DNA of 42,215 bases from Candidatus Woesearchaeota archaeon (GCA_964424875.1 CAYRKK010000002.1:1-42215), one strand, 5' to 3'; shown: positions 1 to 9,712, numbered from the stretch's first letter. Numbers and translations: made by a program. Notes: a model not told the origin generated them from the letters alone.

Positions 1-11
1 AGGATTGCGGG

Positions 12-281
12 GTGGGGTGGAGGTGGGCAACCTTTAGGGGACGGAGGATGTCACAAAATATTTTGAAAAGGTTTGTTTTTGGAAGATTTTTGGGGATGGA
101 AAAAGAAAAAACAAATATAAGAGATACTTGGAAGATAATGAAACATGTAAAAAAATATAGGATAAGGGATCATCCAAAAAGTTACAAAGGTCATAAGGCA
201 CTTATTGATAAATATAAATGTGGCTTTGTTGAGATTAAAAATAAGAAGCAATTAAATAATTTAATTAAAGACATAGGGTGA
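12..281 (+). CDS. hypothetical small lysine-rich protein; true start uncertain (track start is GTG at 12; ATG candidates at 48 and 96)
   Basis: Only long ORF in this stretch. No family motif recognised. The first ~47 nt are unusually GC-rich and may belong to a feature cut by the window edge. Confidence 0.3.
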   Translation: MGWRWATFRGRRMSQNILKRFVFGRFLGMEKEKTNIRDTWKIMKHVKKYRIRDHPKSYKGHKALIDKYKCGFVEIKNKKQLNNLIKDIG

Positions 282-328
282 AAAAGTTTTGGTAATTCCC
301 ACTTGACAAATATTTTCTTGGTGAACAA

Positions 329-532
329 TTATTCACTCTGCTGAATAATAATTTTTACCATTTTATCGACGATACCCTTAGACTTTTCACTATGTGCTTT
401 TATATAATCAAAATAATTTTTTTCTTTATGAAACAACCAATTATCAAACCAAATCATTGAAGATCTTGAAGAAATAGATTTAATTCTAACTAAAAAACTT
501 GAGGAAAAGAAAAACAGGCAATTAAACTTCAA
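329..532 (-). CDS. hypothetical small protein, last gene of a three-ORF overlapping minus-strand set
   Basis: ORF overlaps the stop of 522..866 by 11 nt. No recognisable motif. The N-terminal third is low-complexity, so the real start may be the internal Met. Confidence 0.2.
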   Translation of the reverse strand: MKFNCLFFFSSSFLVRIKSISSRSSMIWFDNWLFHKEKNYFDYIKAHSEKSKGIVDKMVKIIIQQSE

Positions 533-866
533 TCATCATCTCTTTTTTAATTGGGACTTGGATTAACATACCTTCTTTTCTTTCAGGTGTTGAAGAAACA
601 AAACCTATTTTAACAAATATTGAATTAATTCCATATTTAACTTTAAAATATGCTTCCTTAATAGAGCTTATGGCTTGTTTTATTTTCTCTATATCTTCTT
701 CATCTCCAAATTTTTCAGAAGCATCCATAATCTCTATCCCAACTATTTTATTACCTGAAACATCAAGAATGATATCATCATAGTCTAAACTAAAATCAAC
801 GCTTTTTTCATTAGGATAAAAATATAATATATCATTTTCATCATCATATTCAATATTAACTTTCAT
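522..866 (-). CDS. DUF2283-like small protein (putative antitoxin-type partner of DUF4258)
   Basis: N-terminus VNIEYDDENDILYFY ... LDVSGNKIVGIEIMDASE matches the DUF2283 pattern as I remember it. Overlaps the upstream ORF by 11 nt. Confidence 0.6.
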   Translation of the reverse strand: MKVNIEYDDENDILYFYPNEKSVDFSLDYDDIILDVSGNKIVGIEIMDASEKFGDEEDIEKIKQAISSIKEAYFKVKYGINSIFVKIGFVSSTPERKEGMLIQVPIKKEMMIEV

Positions 867-1209
867 TTTTAGTTATCTTCTCCTGAATTTTTCTCTTTAC
901 CTTATGAGCAGATATAATCCTTAAACTATTTAAACCTTTTTCCCTTGATTTTTTATTTATCACAGTATATACATTCATATCATAAATATAATTCAATTTA
1001 AACCATAATTTAAATTTAGATTCATCAGGATTTTTAGCTGTTTGCTCTTCAAACTTGTATAATTTTTCTGAAGACCTAATTAAATTTACTATTTGAGGAT
1101 AATTTATCTTTCTTCTTTTATCTTGTATTCTTTCAAATGCATGTTTAGTTGTTTTAATCTCTGATAAATCAAGTTCTTTTAAACGCCTCTTTAATTCATT
1201 TAAGTCCAT
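856..1209 (-). CDS. DUF4258-like protein (putative toxin-type partner)
   Basis: The segment IKTTKHAFERIQDKRRKINYPQIVNLI resembles the DUF4258 H..R..R.I signature. Adjacent to and overlapping a DUF2283-like ORF, which is a known pairing. Confidence 0.5.
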   Translation of the reverse strand: MDLNELKRRLKELDLSEIKTTKHAFERIQDKRRKINYPQIVNLIRSSEKLYKFEEQTAKNPDESKFKLWFKLNYIYDMNVYTVINKKSREKGLNSLRIISAHKVKRKIQEKITKNES

Positions 1210-1302
1210 GAATTTGTAAAGAAATGATTACTTTTAATTTTTTGTATACTTCTAATTTTAGACAAAAATCATAAATACCGCCCATCAAACAATTTCACCC
1301 AT

Positions 1303-2004
1303 TCATCCTCTCAACTTCTTATCACTAATAATCTTTCCATCTTTTAATTTTATTAACCTTGAAACATATTTTGTATGCCATGATTCATGAGTAACCATCA
1401 CAATTGTCTGTCCAAACTTTTTATTTAATGTTTTAAAAACTTCTAAAACTTGTTCAGAAGTATGTGTGTCTAAATTAGCACAAGGTTCATCAGCAAATAA
1501 AATCGCTGGTTTTTTTGCAATAGCCCTGGCAATAGCAACTCTTTGTTTTTCTCCCCCTGAAAGTTCATTAGGTATTCTGTTTCCTTTGTCACCTAAATTA
1601 ACTTTATCCAATGCTTCTTGAGCTGTTGCAATAGATTCTTTTTTTGATTTTCCTTCCATCAAAGACAAAATATAAACATTTTCTAAAGCACTCATTTCAT
1701 TCATCAAAGCATAATCTTGAAATACATATCCAAGCTGAGTTAATCTATAATATGTTCTTTCTCCTTCTGGTAATTCTTCTACATTTAATCCTTGAACAGA
1801 ATACTCTCCTTTTGTCTGAAAGTCCATTAAGCCAAGAATTCTTAGCATTGTTGTTTTACCACTTCCACTTGCACCCATAACTGCAACAAATTCCCCCTTC
1901 TTAATCTCAAAACTGACATTATCAAGAGCTTTAACTATCCCCTTTCCAGACTTATAATGTCTTTCCATATTTTTTACTTTAATTAATGTTTTTTCTTTTT
2001 CCAT
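1303..2004 (-). CDS. ABC transporter ATP-binding protein, MacB/LolD type
   Basis: Walker A GASGSGKTT, signature LSGGEKQRVAIARA and Walker B ILFADEP. Start moved to the ATG at 2004 (MEKEKT), which has a GGGGGAG SD-like run upstream and lies 1 nt after the permease stop. Confidence 0.9.
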   Translation of the reverse strand: MEKEKTLIKVKNMERHYKSGKGIVKALDNVSFEIKKGEFVAVMGASGSGKTTMLRILGLMDFQTKGEYSVQGLNVEELPEGERTYYRLTQLGYVFQDYALMNEMSALENVYILSLMEGKSKKESIATAQEALDKVNLGDKGNRIPNELSGGEKQRVAIARAIAKKPAILFADEPCANLDTHTSEQVLEVFKTLNKKFGQTIVMVTHESWHTKYVSRLIKLKDGKIISDKKLRG

Positions 2005-2005
2005 T

Positions 2006-3211
2006 TTATCTCCCCCATATTGCCTCCAATATGCTTTGTTTTGAAACTCTCCAAGCTGGAAGAATCCCTGCAATAACTGACATAATAAGCATAGTAAAAA
2101 TACTTCGAATTATTAAATCTACTTGAATCTCTGGAAAAATCGTTATAGTATCATAAAATGTTATAGGATTTACAGTAAAATAATACATAAGGAAAAAATA
2201 CAAACCTAATCCTGCAAGTATCCCCATTGATACATAAAACATACTGATAAATGCATAAGAAAATACAATAGAACTAGGGGTGATTCCTATTGCTTTTAAG
2301 ATACCTATCTCTTTTTTCCTATTCAAAACATTAATGTAGATAATAATTAAGATTAATGCAGCTCCCACAATTAAGCTAACAAAATTAGATACAACATTTA
2401 TCATATCTATACTCTGCATTGCCTGTCTTAATATTGCATCCGACTTTTCATCACTTGTAGAAACTGGTTCTTTAACTCCTGCTCCAATTATTTTTTCTTT
2501 TACTTTTGCTGAGTCAGAATTACTTTTTAATCTTATAACAACACTAGTCGCTTTGCTCCCATCAATATCAAATACATCTTCAATTTCTTTATAATGAACT
2601 AAAGCATTAAGATCAATAAGTTCAAATGTGCCTTCCATTATCCCTTTTACTTTGTAAGTTCTAGTTACTTTGTTGCTGTATGTTACATTAACAAAAGAAC
2701 CAACCCTTACCCCCCCTAAGTTATCATAAATTTCAGAACCAAAGTTACCTTCTACAAGCATAGCGCCAATTATTATTTCATCTCGAGAAAGGTCACTTAA
2801 GAACTCTCCTTCTTTTATGATGTTAGGATAATTAGAAACATCATATTCTTCAGAAGGCAGTAGTCCTGTTATTGTAGAACCTACAACTTTCTGTTTATAT
2901 TTTATTGAGGCTCCAACATCTAATCTTTTTGTTGCAGCGGTTACATCTGGAACAGCCCTTAACTTTTGTAATACATTATCTGCATTATTTATATAAGTAT
3001 TATCTCCACTTGGTTCAACAACAATATCTCCATAAGGGTACTGCATAAAAGCTGTAAACATTCCTGAAACTCCTCCAATCATCGAAGGCAAGAACACTAG
3101 ATTCATAAAAATTAATGCTAAAACAAATACAATAAATCCTAAAGTTTTTTTATTTCCCCTTTTTATAGAACTTGTTGCGCTGAGTAATCCAACTTTAATA
3201 TCATTAAGCAT
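2006..3211 (-). CDS. ABC transporter permease, FtsX/MacB type
   Basis: N-terminal TM, a large extracytoplasmic domain, then a C-terminal 3-TM FtsX-like block (KKEIGILKAIGI). Tightly coupled to the ATPase gene. Confidence 0.85.
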   Translation of the reverse strand: MLNDIKVGLLSATSSIKRGNKKTLGFIVFVLALIFMNLVFLPSMIGGVSGMFTAFMQYPYGDIVVEPSGDNTYINNADNVLQKLRAVPDVTAATKRLDVGASIKYKQKVVGSTITGLLPSEEYDVSNYPNIIKEGEFLSDLSRDEIIIGAMLVEGNFGSEIYDNLGGVRVGSFVNVTYSNKVTRTYKVKGIMEGTFELIDLNALVHYKEIEDVFDIDGSKATSVVIRLKSNSDSAKVKEKIIGAGVKEPVSTSDEKSDAILRQAMQSIDMINVVSNFVSLIVGAALILIIIYINVLNRKKEIGILKAIGITPSSIVFSYAFISMFYVSMGILAGLGLYFFLMYYFTVNPITFYDTITIFPEIQVDLIIRSIFTMLIMSVIAGILPAWRVSKQSILEAIWGR

Positions 3212-3238
3212 TTTCTAACCATTTTCCACTATTATTTT

Positions 3239-4159
3239 TTATCTTTTCTTAAAAGTTTTCTTAATTTCCTTCTCAATCTTTTCCTCACCTTTAAGAAGCT
3301 GATGAATAATTTTATCTTTTGACTTTTTTGTTTTAATAAAATAATATATTCCTCCTCCAAGAATAACAATTATTAATACTCCCAAAATAATCATACCAAA
3401 ATTTGATTCTTTATTTAATACATTAAGGCTCACATTTGTTTTTATTTCATTATCCCCAAAATCATCTTTGTATGAAATAGTAACTGGAAATTCAAATTCT
3501 CCTGCTTTATCCACAATAAAAGTTAAGATAGCTGGACCATCTTCATCTGAATCAAGTGCACCAATAAATGATTGTTTTAATCCTTGAAATCCATGTTCCA
3601 TATATACCTCTACTGATTTTGCAGTACCCTCGCCAGTATTTTCAACTCTCATAGTTAGTTCAACTGTTTCTCCTTCTTTTGGAAGCACAGGCTTAGTTTT
3701 AAGAGAAGCAATACCTAATTCTGCTTTTTCTCCTATAACTTCTATTGTTATATCATAATTTTTTATTGTTGAATATGTTTTTCCTCCATAAGTTAATTTA
3801 GTTTTAATTAAATGAGTTCCTGATTGAGCATCATCAGTTGCCTTCATGTGATATAAAATAAATCTTTCACTATTCTGACAATTTAAATTAGAAATATCAA
3901 TGACTAAAGGTTCTTTAATTTCAATGTCAACTGGAGGATTTAATAATTCAAAAGAAATATATTCTGGCATTTCCTCTCCACAATTTTCAATTTGCACTCC
4001 GATTGTAAACTCTTCTCCAATTTTAATTGAACTTGGACTAATATCTGAAACTTCCGCTGTTGCACAATAACCCTCATTTATTGCATTTACACTTACAACT
4101 ATTGAGAAAATCATTATAGTTATAATTGCAAAATTAATAAAAAACTTTTTAATATTCAT
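3239..4159 (-). CDS. secreted beta-sandwich repeat protein (COG1361/CARDB-like) with C-terminal TM anchor
   Basis: Signal-like N-terminus, two similar repeat regions (GEEFTIGVQIENCGE / GETVELTMRVENTGEG), a C-terminal hydrophobic helix and a basic tail. First gene of the ABC operon. Confidence 0.55.
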   Translation of the reverse strand: MNIKKFFINFAIITIMIFSIVVSVNAINEGYCATAEVSDISPSSIKIGEEFTIGVQIENCGEEMPEYISFELLNPPVDIEIKEPLVIDISNLNCQNSERFILYHMKATDDAQSGTHLIKTKLTYGGKTYSTIKNYDITIEVIGEKAELGIASLKTKPVLPKEGETVELTMRVENTGEGTAKSVEVYMEHGFQGLKQSFIGALDSDEDGPAILTFIVDKAGEFEFPVTISYKDDFGDNEIKTNVSLNVLNKESNFGMIILGVLIIVILGGGIYYFIKTKKSKDKIIHQLLKGEEKIEKEIKKTFKKR

Positions 4160-4237
4160 TTTACCTCTTTTTATTTAAATATAAAGAAAAAAGTATATAA
4201 AAACCTTTTCCTTTATTTTTATTTTGTGCAGCCACCC

Positions 4238-4431
4238 GATATATCAGGCTGTGTCACAATCTAAAAATGGATTGAATAGAAGGATTCTAAGGGATGGCTA
4301 ATTTTGCTGAATGATAAATCATTCAGTTATATATTCTTTCTTATTAATATTAATCCATTAATGTTTGAGAGTATCTCAGGATGAAGATGAGGTCTCTTTT
4401 TTTATTTAATTACAGGACAGCCTGATATGTC
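4238..4431 (+). repeat. intergenic repeat family B, copy B1, with 15-bp terminal inverted repeats
   Basis: Left end gatatatcaggctgt (4238..4252). Right end acagcctgatatgtc (4417..4431) is its reverse complement in 14/15 positions. The interior is homologous to the inverted copy at 33280..33458. Confidence 0.75.
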
Positions 4432-4435
4432 ATAA

Positions 4436-4612
4436 GCAACCGAAAATTAAATCTTAGATTAATATCAAGAAGACAAACCTACTTGAATCTCTTTGTCTTC
4501 GATATCTTGTAATTATTTTTTAAGCTACTCATCTGTATAGCGAGAAATGTTTATGAGATAATAATTAGTAAAAAATTTGGGTTAGTGAAACTTCCCAAAT
4601 TTATGTGTAAAT
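4436..4612 (+). repeat. intergenic repeat family A, copy A1 (~175 nt)
   Basis: Aligns by eye with 5754..5922 and 40951..41129. Shared blocks are aagctact, gagaaatgtttatRagataataattagt and the hairpin aatttggg-12 nt-cccaaatt at 4574..4601. Confidence 0.8.
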
Positions 4613-4661
4613 AAGTTAATTTTGGGGAAACACATATCTCTTGCTTCTACATCTTTTATTT

Positions 4662-5675
4662 TTATCTCAGCTCTCCAGAAAAAACTTTTTTACTTAAGAG
4701 AATTCCTTTTTTTCCAATGGAAAATTCATGTATTTTTTTAGAATGGTTTGTCGCCCTCATTTTCAAAACTTCTAAATATCTTTTTCTTTCATTTTTATTT
4801 CTTAAAAAATAAAGAGCAATTATAGAATCTGATTCAAATTCTAAAATTTTAGATTTTAATTTATCTTCTTTAAGATTATCTCCTTCATAAGTTAAAAGAC
4901 TTGTGCAATCCCATCCTTTTAAAAGATTAAACAAAGATAATGTAGATTCTCTTTGTTTAAGTTCATCATTAAATAATAAAATAAAAGAAGTTAAACTATC
5001 TATAACAATCCTTGTTATTTTTTTTCTTAAAACAAGACTTTCAATAATTCCTCCTCCTTCGTCCAACATTATCTTAACTTTTTTTGGAGTATATTCAAGA
5101 AAATAAAATTTGTCTTGTTTTTCTAATTTTTCTAAATCCCATCCAAGCTTCTTAAGATTCTGATAAAAAGTTTCTTTTCCTTCTTCAAAAGATATAAACA
5201 TGCAGTTTTCTTTTTTTTCAATTCCTTCAATCAAAAACTGCACACCAAAAATACTTTTTCCAGACCCACTGCTTCCAATAATAAGATTTGTTGAATTTTT
5301 TTCAAAACCTTTTTCTGTTATAGAATCTAAATTTGAAATCCCTGTTGAAACTCTTTCTATATTTTTTAATTTAGGTTTGGTTTTAGAAAAAATACTCCCT
5401 GTTGAAACTTCTTTTAATCCTAGAATTCCTTTTTCTTTTTTCACTTCCAAATCCTCTTTAATTTTAATATTTTTTTTATTGTCTAGTGACTCAATACCTG
5501 GTTTAACTTTCTCAACACTTCCTCCCTCTTTTTCAACCTTATCCTTTTTAATTTTTCCAACCCTCTTCTTAACTTTCCCACTCCCTGATTTAGATTTTTT
5601 ATTTCTTAATTTAGTTTTCTTACTCTTAAATTTAGCACTAGACCTAATTTTCTCACCCTCTTTTTTCTTTTTCAT
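4662..5675 (-). CDS. KaiC/RecA-superfamily single-domain ATPase with ~100-aa lysine-rich N-terminal extension
   Basis: STGISNLDSITEKGF, then Walker A GSSGSGKS and the FISFEE motif typical of KaiC-like ATPases. The N-terminus is a K-rich low-complexity stretch. Confidence 0.8.
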   Translation of the reverse strand: MKKKKEGEKIRSSAKFKSKKTKLRNKKSKSGSGKVKKRVGKIKKDKVEKEGGSVEKVKPGIESLDNKKNIKIKEDLEVKKEKGILGLKEVSTGSIFSKTKPKLKNIERVSTGISNLDSITEKGFEKNSTNLIIGSSGSGKSIFGVQFLIEGIEKKENCMFISFEEGKETFYQNLKKLGWDLEKLEKQDKFYFLEYTPKKVKIMLDEGGGIIESLVLRKKITRIVIDSLTSFILLFNDELKQRESTLSLFNLLKGWDCTSLLTYEGDNLKEDKLKSKILEFESDSIIALYFLRNKNERKRYLEVLKMRATNHSKKIHEFSIGKKGILLSKKVFSGELR

Positions 5676-5695
5676 TTAATTAATAAAACAAATGA

Positions 5696-5703
5696 GTATA
5701 AAA
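5696..5703 (-). promoter_or_regulatory. candidate TATA box of the KaiC-like gene
   Basis: Minus-strand tttttata is centred about 24 nt upstream of the ATG at 5675, the same spacing seen at other genes in the window. Confidence 0.4.
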
Positions 5704-5753
5704 ATATTGCGTTAGTGTTTAATTTTGTGTTAGACCAGAATATATGTCCAGAG

Positions 5754-5922
5754 GTAAACCAAAATTAGTTTTTATAAAAATTCAAGAAAGCAAACTTAAC
5801 CTAAATCTCTTTATCCTCAATACTTTGTAATTACTCTTTAAGCTACTTATCTGCAGAGCGAGAAATGTTTATAAGATAATAATTAGTGAAACAATTTAGG
5901 TTAGCAAAGCTTCCCAAATTAT
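5754..5922 (+). repeat. intergenic repeat family A, copy A2
   Basis: Aligns with A1 and A3. The hairpin arms are aatttagg (5893..5900) and cccaaatt (5913..5920). Confidence 0.8.
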
Positions 5923-5986
5923 TCTTAATAATAAACCCCAACCCCTTTAACTTAAATAAAAAAATATAAATAAAAAAAATAAAAAA

Positions 5987-6457
5987 TTATGCAACAACTT
6001 TTTCAGCTATAGTTCCTGTTGATGTTAAACTAATTGTGCTCCCTACCTTTGTATAAGTAATTACTACATCTCCTTTAAAATTATCACCAGCAGTTAATCC
6101 AGTACAAGGAATTAATACTATCCCTACTTCACCTGTATCAATAGCTGCAGGAGTAGTAACTGTAGCAGTACAAATACTCTCTGCACCACCAGCTGTTGCA
6201 CTAGTAATACCAACAGTAGATACTGTATAGGTCTCTCCACCATTATTCTTTAATTCAAGATTAACTCCTGCATCACTAACATCTATATTCCAGGCATTAG
6301 CATAAAACGGAGGTGTAACAATTGCAGTTCCAGAAACATATTTCCCAGGACTAAATACTCCAAAATAAGCTAACACTCCAATAGCAATAACAGCTGCTAA
6401 AATAGCCCAACCATAGGTCATTAAAAACTCCATAGCTGCTTGTCCTTTTTTCTTCAT
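5987..6457 (-). CDS. archaeal type IV pilin-like protein with class III signal peptide
   Basis: MKKKGQAAMEFLMTYGWAILAAVIAIGVLAYFG is a classic class III signal peptide with hydrophobic helix. Start moved to the second ATG (6457) because GGAGGTGA sits 4 nt upstream of it. Confidence 0.8.
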   Translation of the reverse strand: MKKKGQAAMEFLMTYGWAILAAVIAIGVLAYFGVFSPGKYVSGTAIVTPPFYANAWNIDVSDAGVNLELKNNGGETYTVSTVGITSATAGGAESICTATVTTPAAIDTGEVGIVLIPCTGLTAGDNFKGDVVITYTKVGSTISLTSTGTIAEKVVA

Positions 6458-6524
6458 TTTATCACCTCCTTTCATCATCTCTTTAAATATACTGTTAAAA
6501 GATGAATTGAGTATATAAATATTT

Positions 6525-6770
6525 CTATCGCTGATTTTTCAAAACAATCGTCAAACAAAAAATTACTACAAAAAATAAACTAATCATAACTGAAATTTTA
6601 TATTCAAAACCAGTAAAAAAAACAACAATCCCCAAAACTAAAGAAATAATCCCCATACCAATCAACCTCACCCTCCAGCTTTTAATTTCATCTTTGCAAA
6701 GTTTTGAAATAAACAAACCTGCTGGAATGCCCAAAATTACAATTACAAAATACAAAATCTCTTTAATCAT
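6525..6770 (-). CDS. small membrane protein (about 3 TM helices)
   Basis: 81-aa ORF made almost entirely of hydrophobic helices. No family recognised. Confidence 0.5.
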   Translation of the reverse strand: MIKEILYFVIVILGIPAGLFISKLCKDEIKSWRVRLIGMGIISLVLGIVVFFTGFEYKISVMISLFFVVIFCLTIVLKNQR

Positions 6771-6803
6771 AATCTATTTAAATAATAATGTTATTTAAAA
6801 CTT

Positions 6804-7334
6804 ATGAAAAACATAGAAACATCAGAAATTATAAATGCAATTAAAAAAGGTAAAATTTTCATCTACCCAACAGACACAATTTATGGATTAGGTTGCAATG
6901 CTTTAAATAAACAAGCAGTTGAAAAAATAAAAAAAATAAAAACAAGAGATAAAAATAAATCCCTTTCAATAATTGCACCTTCAATAGAATGGATAAAGCA
7001 AAACTGCATTACAAAAAATATAAATTTAGATAAATATTTTCCAGGGCCTTACACACTTATTTTAAAAAAACAAAATCCCAAATTTCTAAATCATGTTTCA
7101 TCAACAGATTCTTTAGGAATAAGAATTCCAGATAATTTTTTCACAAAAATTATCCAACAATCTCAACTTCCATTTATTACAACATCTGTTAATTTATCAG
7201 GAGAGCCTTTTCTTAAATCTATTAAACAATTAAAACCAAAAATAAAAAATCAAGTTGATGTAATAATAAACACAGGCCCCTTAACAGGAAAACCCTCAAC
7301 TTTAGTTATTAATGGGAAAGAGGTTGAGAGGTGA
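6804..7334 (+). CDS. YrdC/TsaC/Sua5-family L-threonylcarbamoyladenylate synthase-like protein (YrdC domain only)
   Basis: IFIYPTDTIYGLGCNA hallmark plus KIKKIKTRDKNKSLSII and ITTSVNLSGEP motifs. Confidence 0.85.
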   Translation: MKNIETSEIINAIKKGKIFIYPTDTIYGLGCNALNKQAVEKIKKIKTRDKNKSLSIIAPSIEWIKQNCITKNINLDKYFPGPYTLILKKQNPKFLNHVSSTDSLGIRIPDNFFTKIIQQSQLPFITTSVNLSGEPFLKSIKQLKPKIKNQVDVIINTGPLTGKPSTLVINGKEVER

Positions 7335-7497
7335 ATGTTAATAAATTCATTAAATCCACATCATAAGGATGTGATATCATTAATATTACACAAGCTAAGC
7401 TTTAGGGAGCAGTTCTAGTGGCATTCTTAAAGAGATAATAAGGAAGCTCACACATTTATGTTTGGGAAGATGTCACTTTTACGTCCACATAGAAAGA

Positions 7498-7507
7498 TTT
7501 AAAAATA
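7498..7507 (+). promoter_or_regulatory. candidate TATA box of the MNT-HepT-NTase operon
   Basis: tttaaaaata is centred about 25 nt upstream of the ATG at 7527. Confidence 0.4.
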
Positions 7508-7526
7508 ATGTGCCCGTAATAAAATA

Positions 7527-7994
7527 ATGGCATATACAGAAATAAAAAAAATAAATAAAAGAAAATATTATTACAGAGTTAGAAGTATAAGGAATGGTAA
7601 AAAATTCAAAAAACAAAGAATCTATCTAGGAAAAGAGCTATCTAAAAAAGAATTAGCTGTAAAAGAAAAAATAGCTGATAATAAACTTTCTGATAAAATA
7701 AAAAAAGAAAAATTAAAGATTGTTAATAAATTTATTCCAAAAATTAAGAAAATTTTAAAAAAGAAAAATATTAAAAAAGCAGGAATTTTTGGAAGTTATG
7801 CAAGAGGAGAACAGAGAAAAAACAGCGATATTGATATATTAATTAAACCTCCAAAAGGAATTGGGTTTGGATTTGCAGGCATTCAATTAGAACTTCAAGA
7901 TAAATTAAAGAAAAAAATTGATTTAGTTAGTTATAATGGACTAAGTCCTTATTTAAAAGAATCTATTTTAAAAGAAGAGGTAAGAATAATATGA
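7527..7994 (+). CDS. mntA: minimal nucleotidyltransferase (MNT) antitoxin-type protein with ~70-aa basic N-terminal extension
   Basis: GIFGSYARGEQRKNSDIDILI is the GS..D.D NTase motif. The stop overlaps the start of the DUF86 gene. Confidence 0.8.
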   Translation: MAYTEIKKINKRKYYYRVRSIRNGKKFKKQRIYLGKELSKKELAVKEKIADNKLSDKIKKEKLKIVNKFIPKIKKILKKKNIKKAGIFGSYARGEQRKNSDIDILIKPPKGIGFGFAGIQLELQDKLKKKIDLVSYNGLSPYLKESILKEEVRII

Positions 7995-8335
7995 ACAACA
8001 AGAATGATTTAGTTTTTATTGAACATATATTAGATAGTATTAATGCAATTGAAGATTTTTCTAAAAATATAAGTAAAGAAGAATTAATTTCTAATAGATT
8101 AAGAAAAAGTGCTATTGTAAGAGAAATAGAAATTATTGGAGAAGCAGTTAAAAATATTTCAGATAATCTTAAAAAAGAATATAAAGAAATTAAATGGAAA
8201 GACATTGCTGGAACAAGAGATAAAATGATTCATCATTATTTTGGTGTTGATTTAAATATTGTCTGGGATATAATTAAAAAAGATATTCCTGTTTTGAAAA
8301 AACAGATAAAAGAGATAAAGGAGAGGTTGAAATGA
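7991..8335 (+). CDS. hepT: HEPN-domain DUF86/HepT toxin-type protein
   Basis: RDKMIHHYFGVD carries the R-x4-H HEPN motif in a DUF86-like context. ATGA overlap with the MNT gene. Confidence 0.8.
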   Translation: MNNKNDLVFIEHILDSINAIEDFSKNISKEELISNRLRKSAIVREIEIIGEAVKNISDNLKKEYKEIKWKDIAGTRDKMIHHYFGVDLNIVWDIIKKDIPVLKKQIKEIKERLK

Positions 8336-8808
8336 AACAAGAACTCTATCTAAAATCCCGTCCAAAGAAAATTCTTTTTTCAGAAACAATTCAGAAAAGA
8401 TTAAGAGATAAAGCTATTAAAAAAATAAAATCAAAACTTCTACCTAATTCTAAGATAATAAAATTAATCTTAATTGGAAGTTCTGTTAAAAACTCCTTTG
8501 GAAAATATGCTCCCCCTGGATTTCGTGGAAGTTTATACTCTGATTTTGATTTTATAGTCTTTGTTAAAGATGATTATAATCTTCCTAAATGGCTTAAAAA
8601 AGAACCTTCTGCAAAACCATTTCTAGAGGACAAATTTAATCTTGCTTACAGAAATAAAAAATTTATTAATAATAAACATGATGTTGAAGTATTTTTTATT
8701 AAGGAAAAATCATGCAAGAATAAGAGATTCATTACACTTGCTGAAAAAGTAGGAATCCCAATGAGTAGTAATTCAAAACACAAATATATTATTATTTATA
8801 AAAAATAA
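8332..8808 (+). CDS. second nucleotidyltransferase-fold protein, third gene of the MNT/HepT operon
   Basis: LILIGSSVKNSFG ... YSDFDFIVFV resembles the GS / D.D NTase motif. Its start overlaps the HepT stop. Confidence 0.5.
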   Translation: MKQELYLKSRPKKILFSETIQKRLRDKAIKKIKSKLLPNSKIIKLILIGSSVKNSFGKYAPPGFRGSLYSDFDFIVFVKDDYNLPKWLKKEPSAKPFLEDKFNLAYRNKKFINNKHDVEVFFIKEKSCKNKRFITLAEKVGIPMSSNSKHKYIIIYKK

Positions 8809-8889
8809 AACTCATTTAACCCTCAACCATCCATTCATTTCCAAAACCAAAAACCTTATTTATTCTCTTTCTTAAATTATTATATTAAA

Positions 8890-9711
8890 ATGCGCTTCGC
8901 AATAGTCCATTCAAAACCAAACATAGCATCAACAAACATAGTAAAAACTTTAAAAAAAGATAATTTTCTTCCACAAGTTCCAATTTTAGATACAAAAAAA
9001 GATGTGATTTATGCAGATGAATTCACAATAAAAAAATATCCATTTTTAAAAATAACTGATATTTTAATTTATGCATCAACTCATAAATCAAAAAAAGGAG
9101 AACCTTCTTTATGTCTTCATGCACCAGGCAACTGGCGTTCAGCTGATTTAGGAGGAAGTTCAGGAAAAGTCTGTCCAACTTCAGCATTTATTTTAAAATA
9201 TTTATTCCAGCAATTAAATAAAAATGCAGAACAAGCAAAACAAGAAAACAAACTAGATCCAGCTTACAACATAACAATGGAGGTTACCCATCATGGCCCT
9301 TTAATTGAAGTCCCTTGTTGCTTTATTGAAATAGGAAGTTCAGAAAAACAATGGCAAGATAAACAAGCATCAGAAGTAATTGCAAAAACAATCATGAGTT
9401 TACAAAATTACAAAAAATCAGACTATGAAAACTGGATTCCATGTATTGGAATAGGAGGACCTCATTATGCACCAAACTTTAACAAAATCCAACTCAATAG
9501 CAATTATGCAATATCTCACATAATTCCAGAATACTCTCTTCCTTTAACAATTCCAATGCTTCAACAAGCAGAACAAAAAACAACAGAACAAATTAAATTA
9601 GCTTTAGTTGACTGGAAAGGTTGTGGTAATTCAGAACAAAGACAACAAACAATAAACTTATTAGATAAGTTTGGTTTTAAATATAAAAGAACAAGTAATA
9701 TTGAAAAATAA
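8890..9711 (+). CDS. dtdA: archaeal-type D-aminoacyl-tRNA deacylase (DTD2)
   Basis: HAPGNW, EVTHHGP, FIEIGSSEKQW, GIGGPHYAP and VDWKG blocks match archaeal DtdA throughout its length. Confidence 0.92.
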   Translation: MRFAIVHSKPNIASTNIVKTLKKDNFLPQVPILDTKKDVIYADEFTIKKYPFLKITDILIYASTHKSKKGEPSLCLHAPGNWRSADLGGSSGKVCPTSAFILKYLFQQLNKNAEQAKQENKLDPAYNITMEVTHHGPLIEVPCCFIEIGSSEKQWQDKQASEVIAKTIMSLQNYKKSDYENWIPCIGIGGPHYAPNFNKIQLNSNYAISHIIPEYSLPLTIPMLQQAEQKTTEQIKLALVDWKGCGNSEQRQQTINLLDKFGFKYKRTSNIEK

Positions 9712-9712
9712 A

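Noticed and set aside
1-47. GC-rich first 47 nt (ggggtggggtggaggtgggcaacc...) as the end of a structured RNA
   Set aside because: It is truncated by the window edge. I could not fold it into a tRNA or any other recognisable RNA from the visible part.
1286-7340. Similarity between the ABC ATPase 3' end (1286..1304) and the reverse complement of the YrdC-like gene 3' end (7319..7340)
   Set aside because: The match is only about 15-16 nt with an indel and on opposite strands, with no associated insert structure. It is most likely chance.
7335-7526. Possible fourth, degenerate copy of repeat family A
   Set aside because: Short patches (aagagataataagg, catttatgtttgggaag) resemble A. The order and orientation of the patches are ambiguous, and by-eye identity is low. 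It needs a real alignment.
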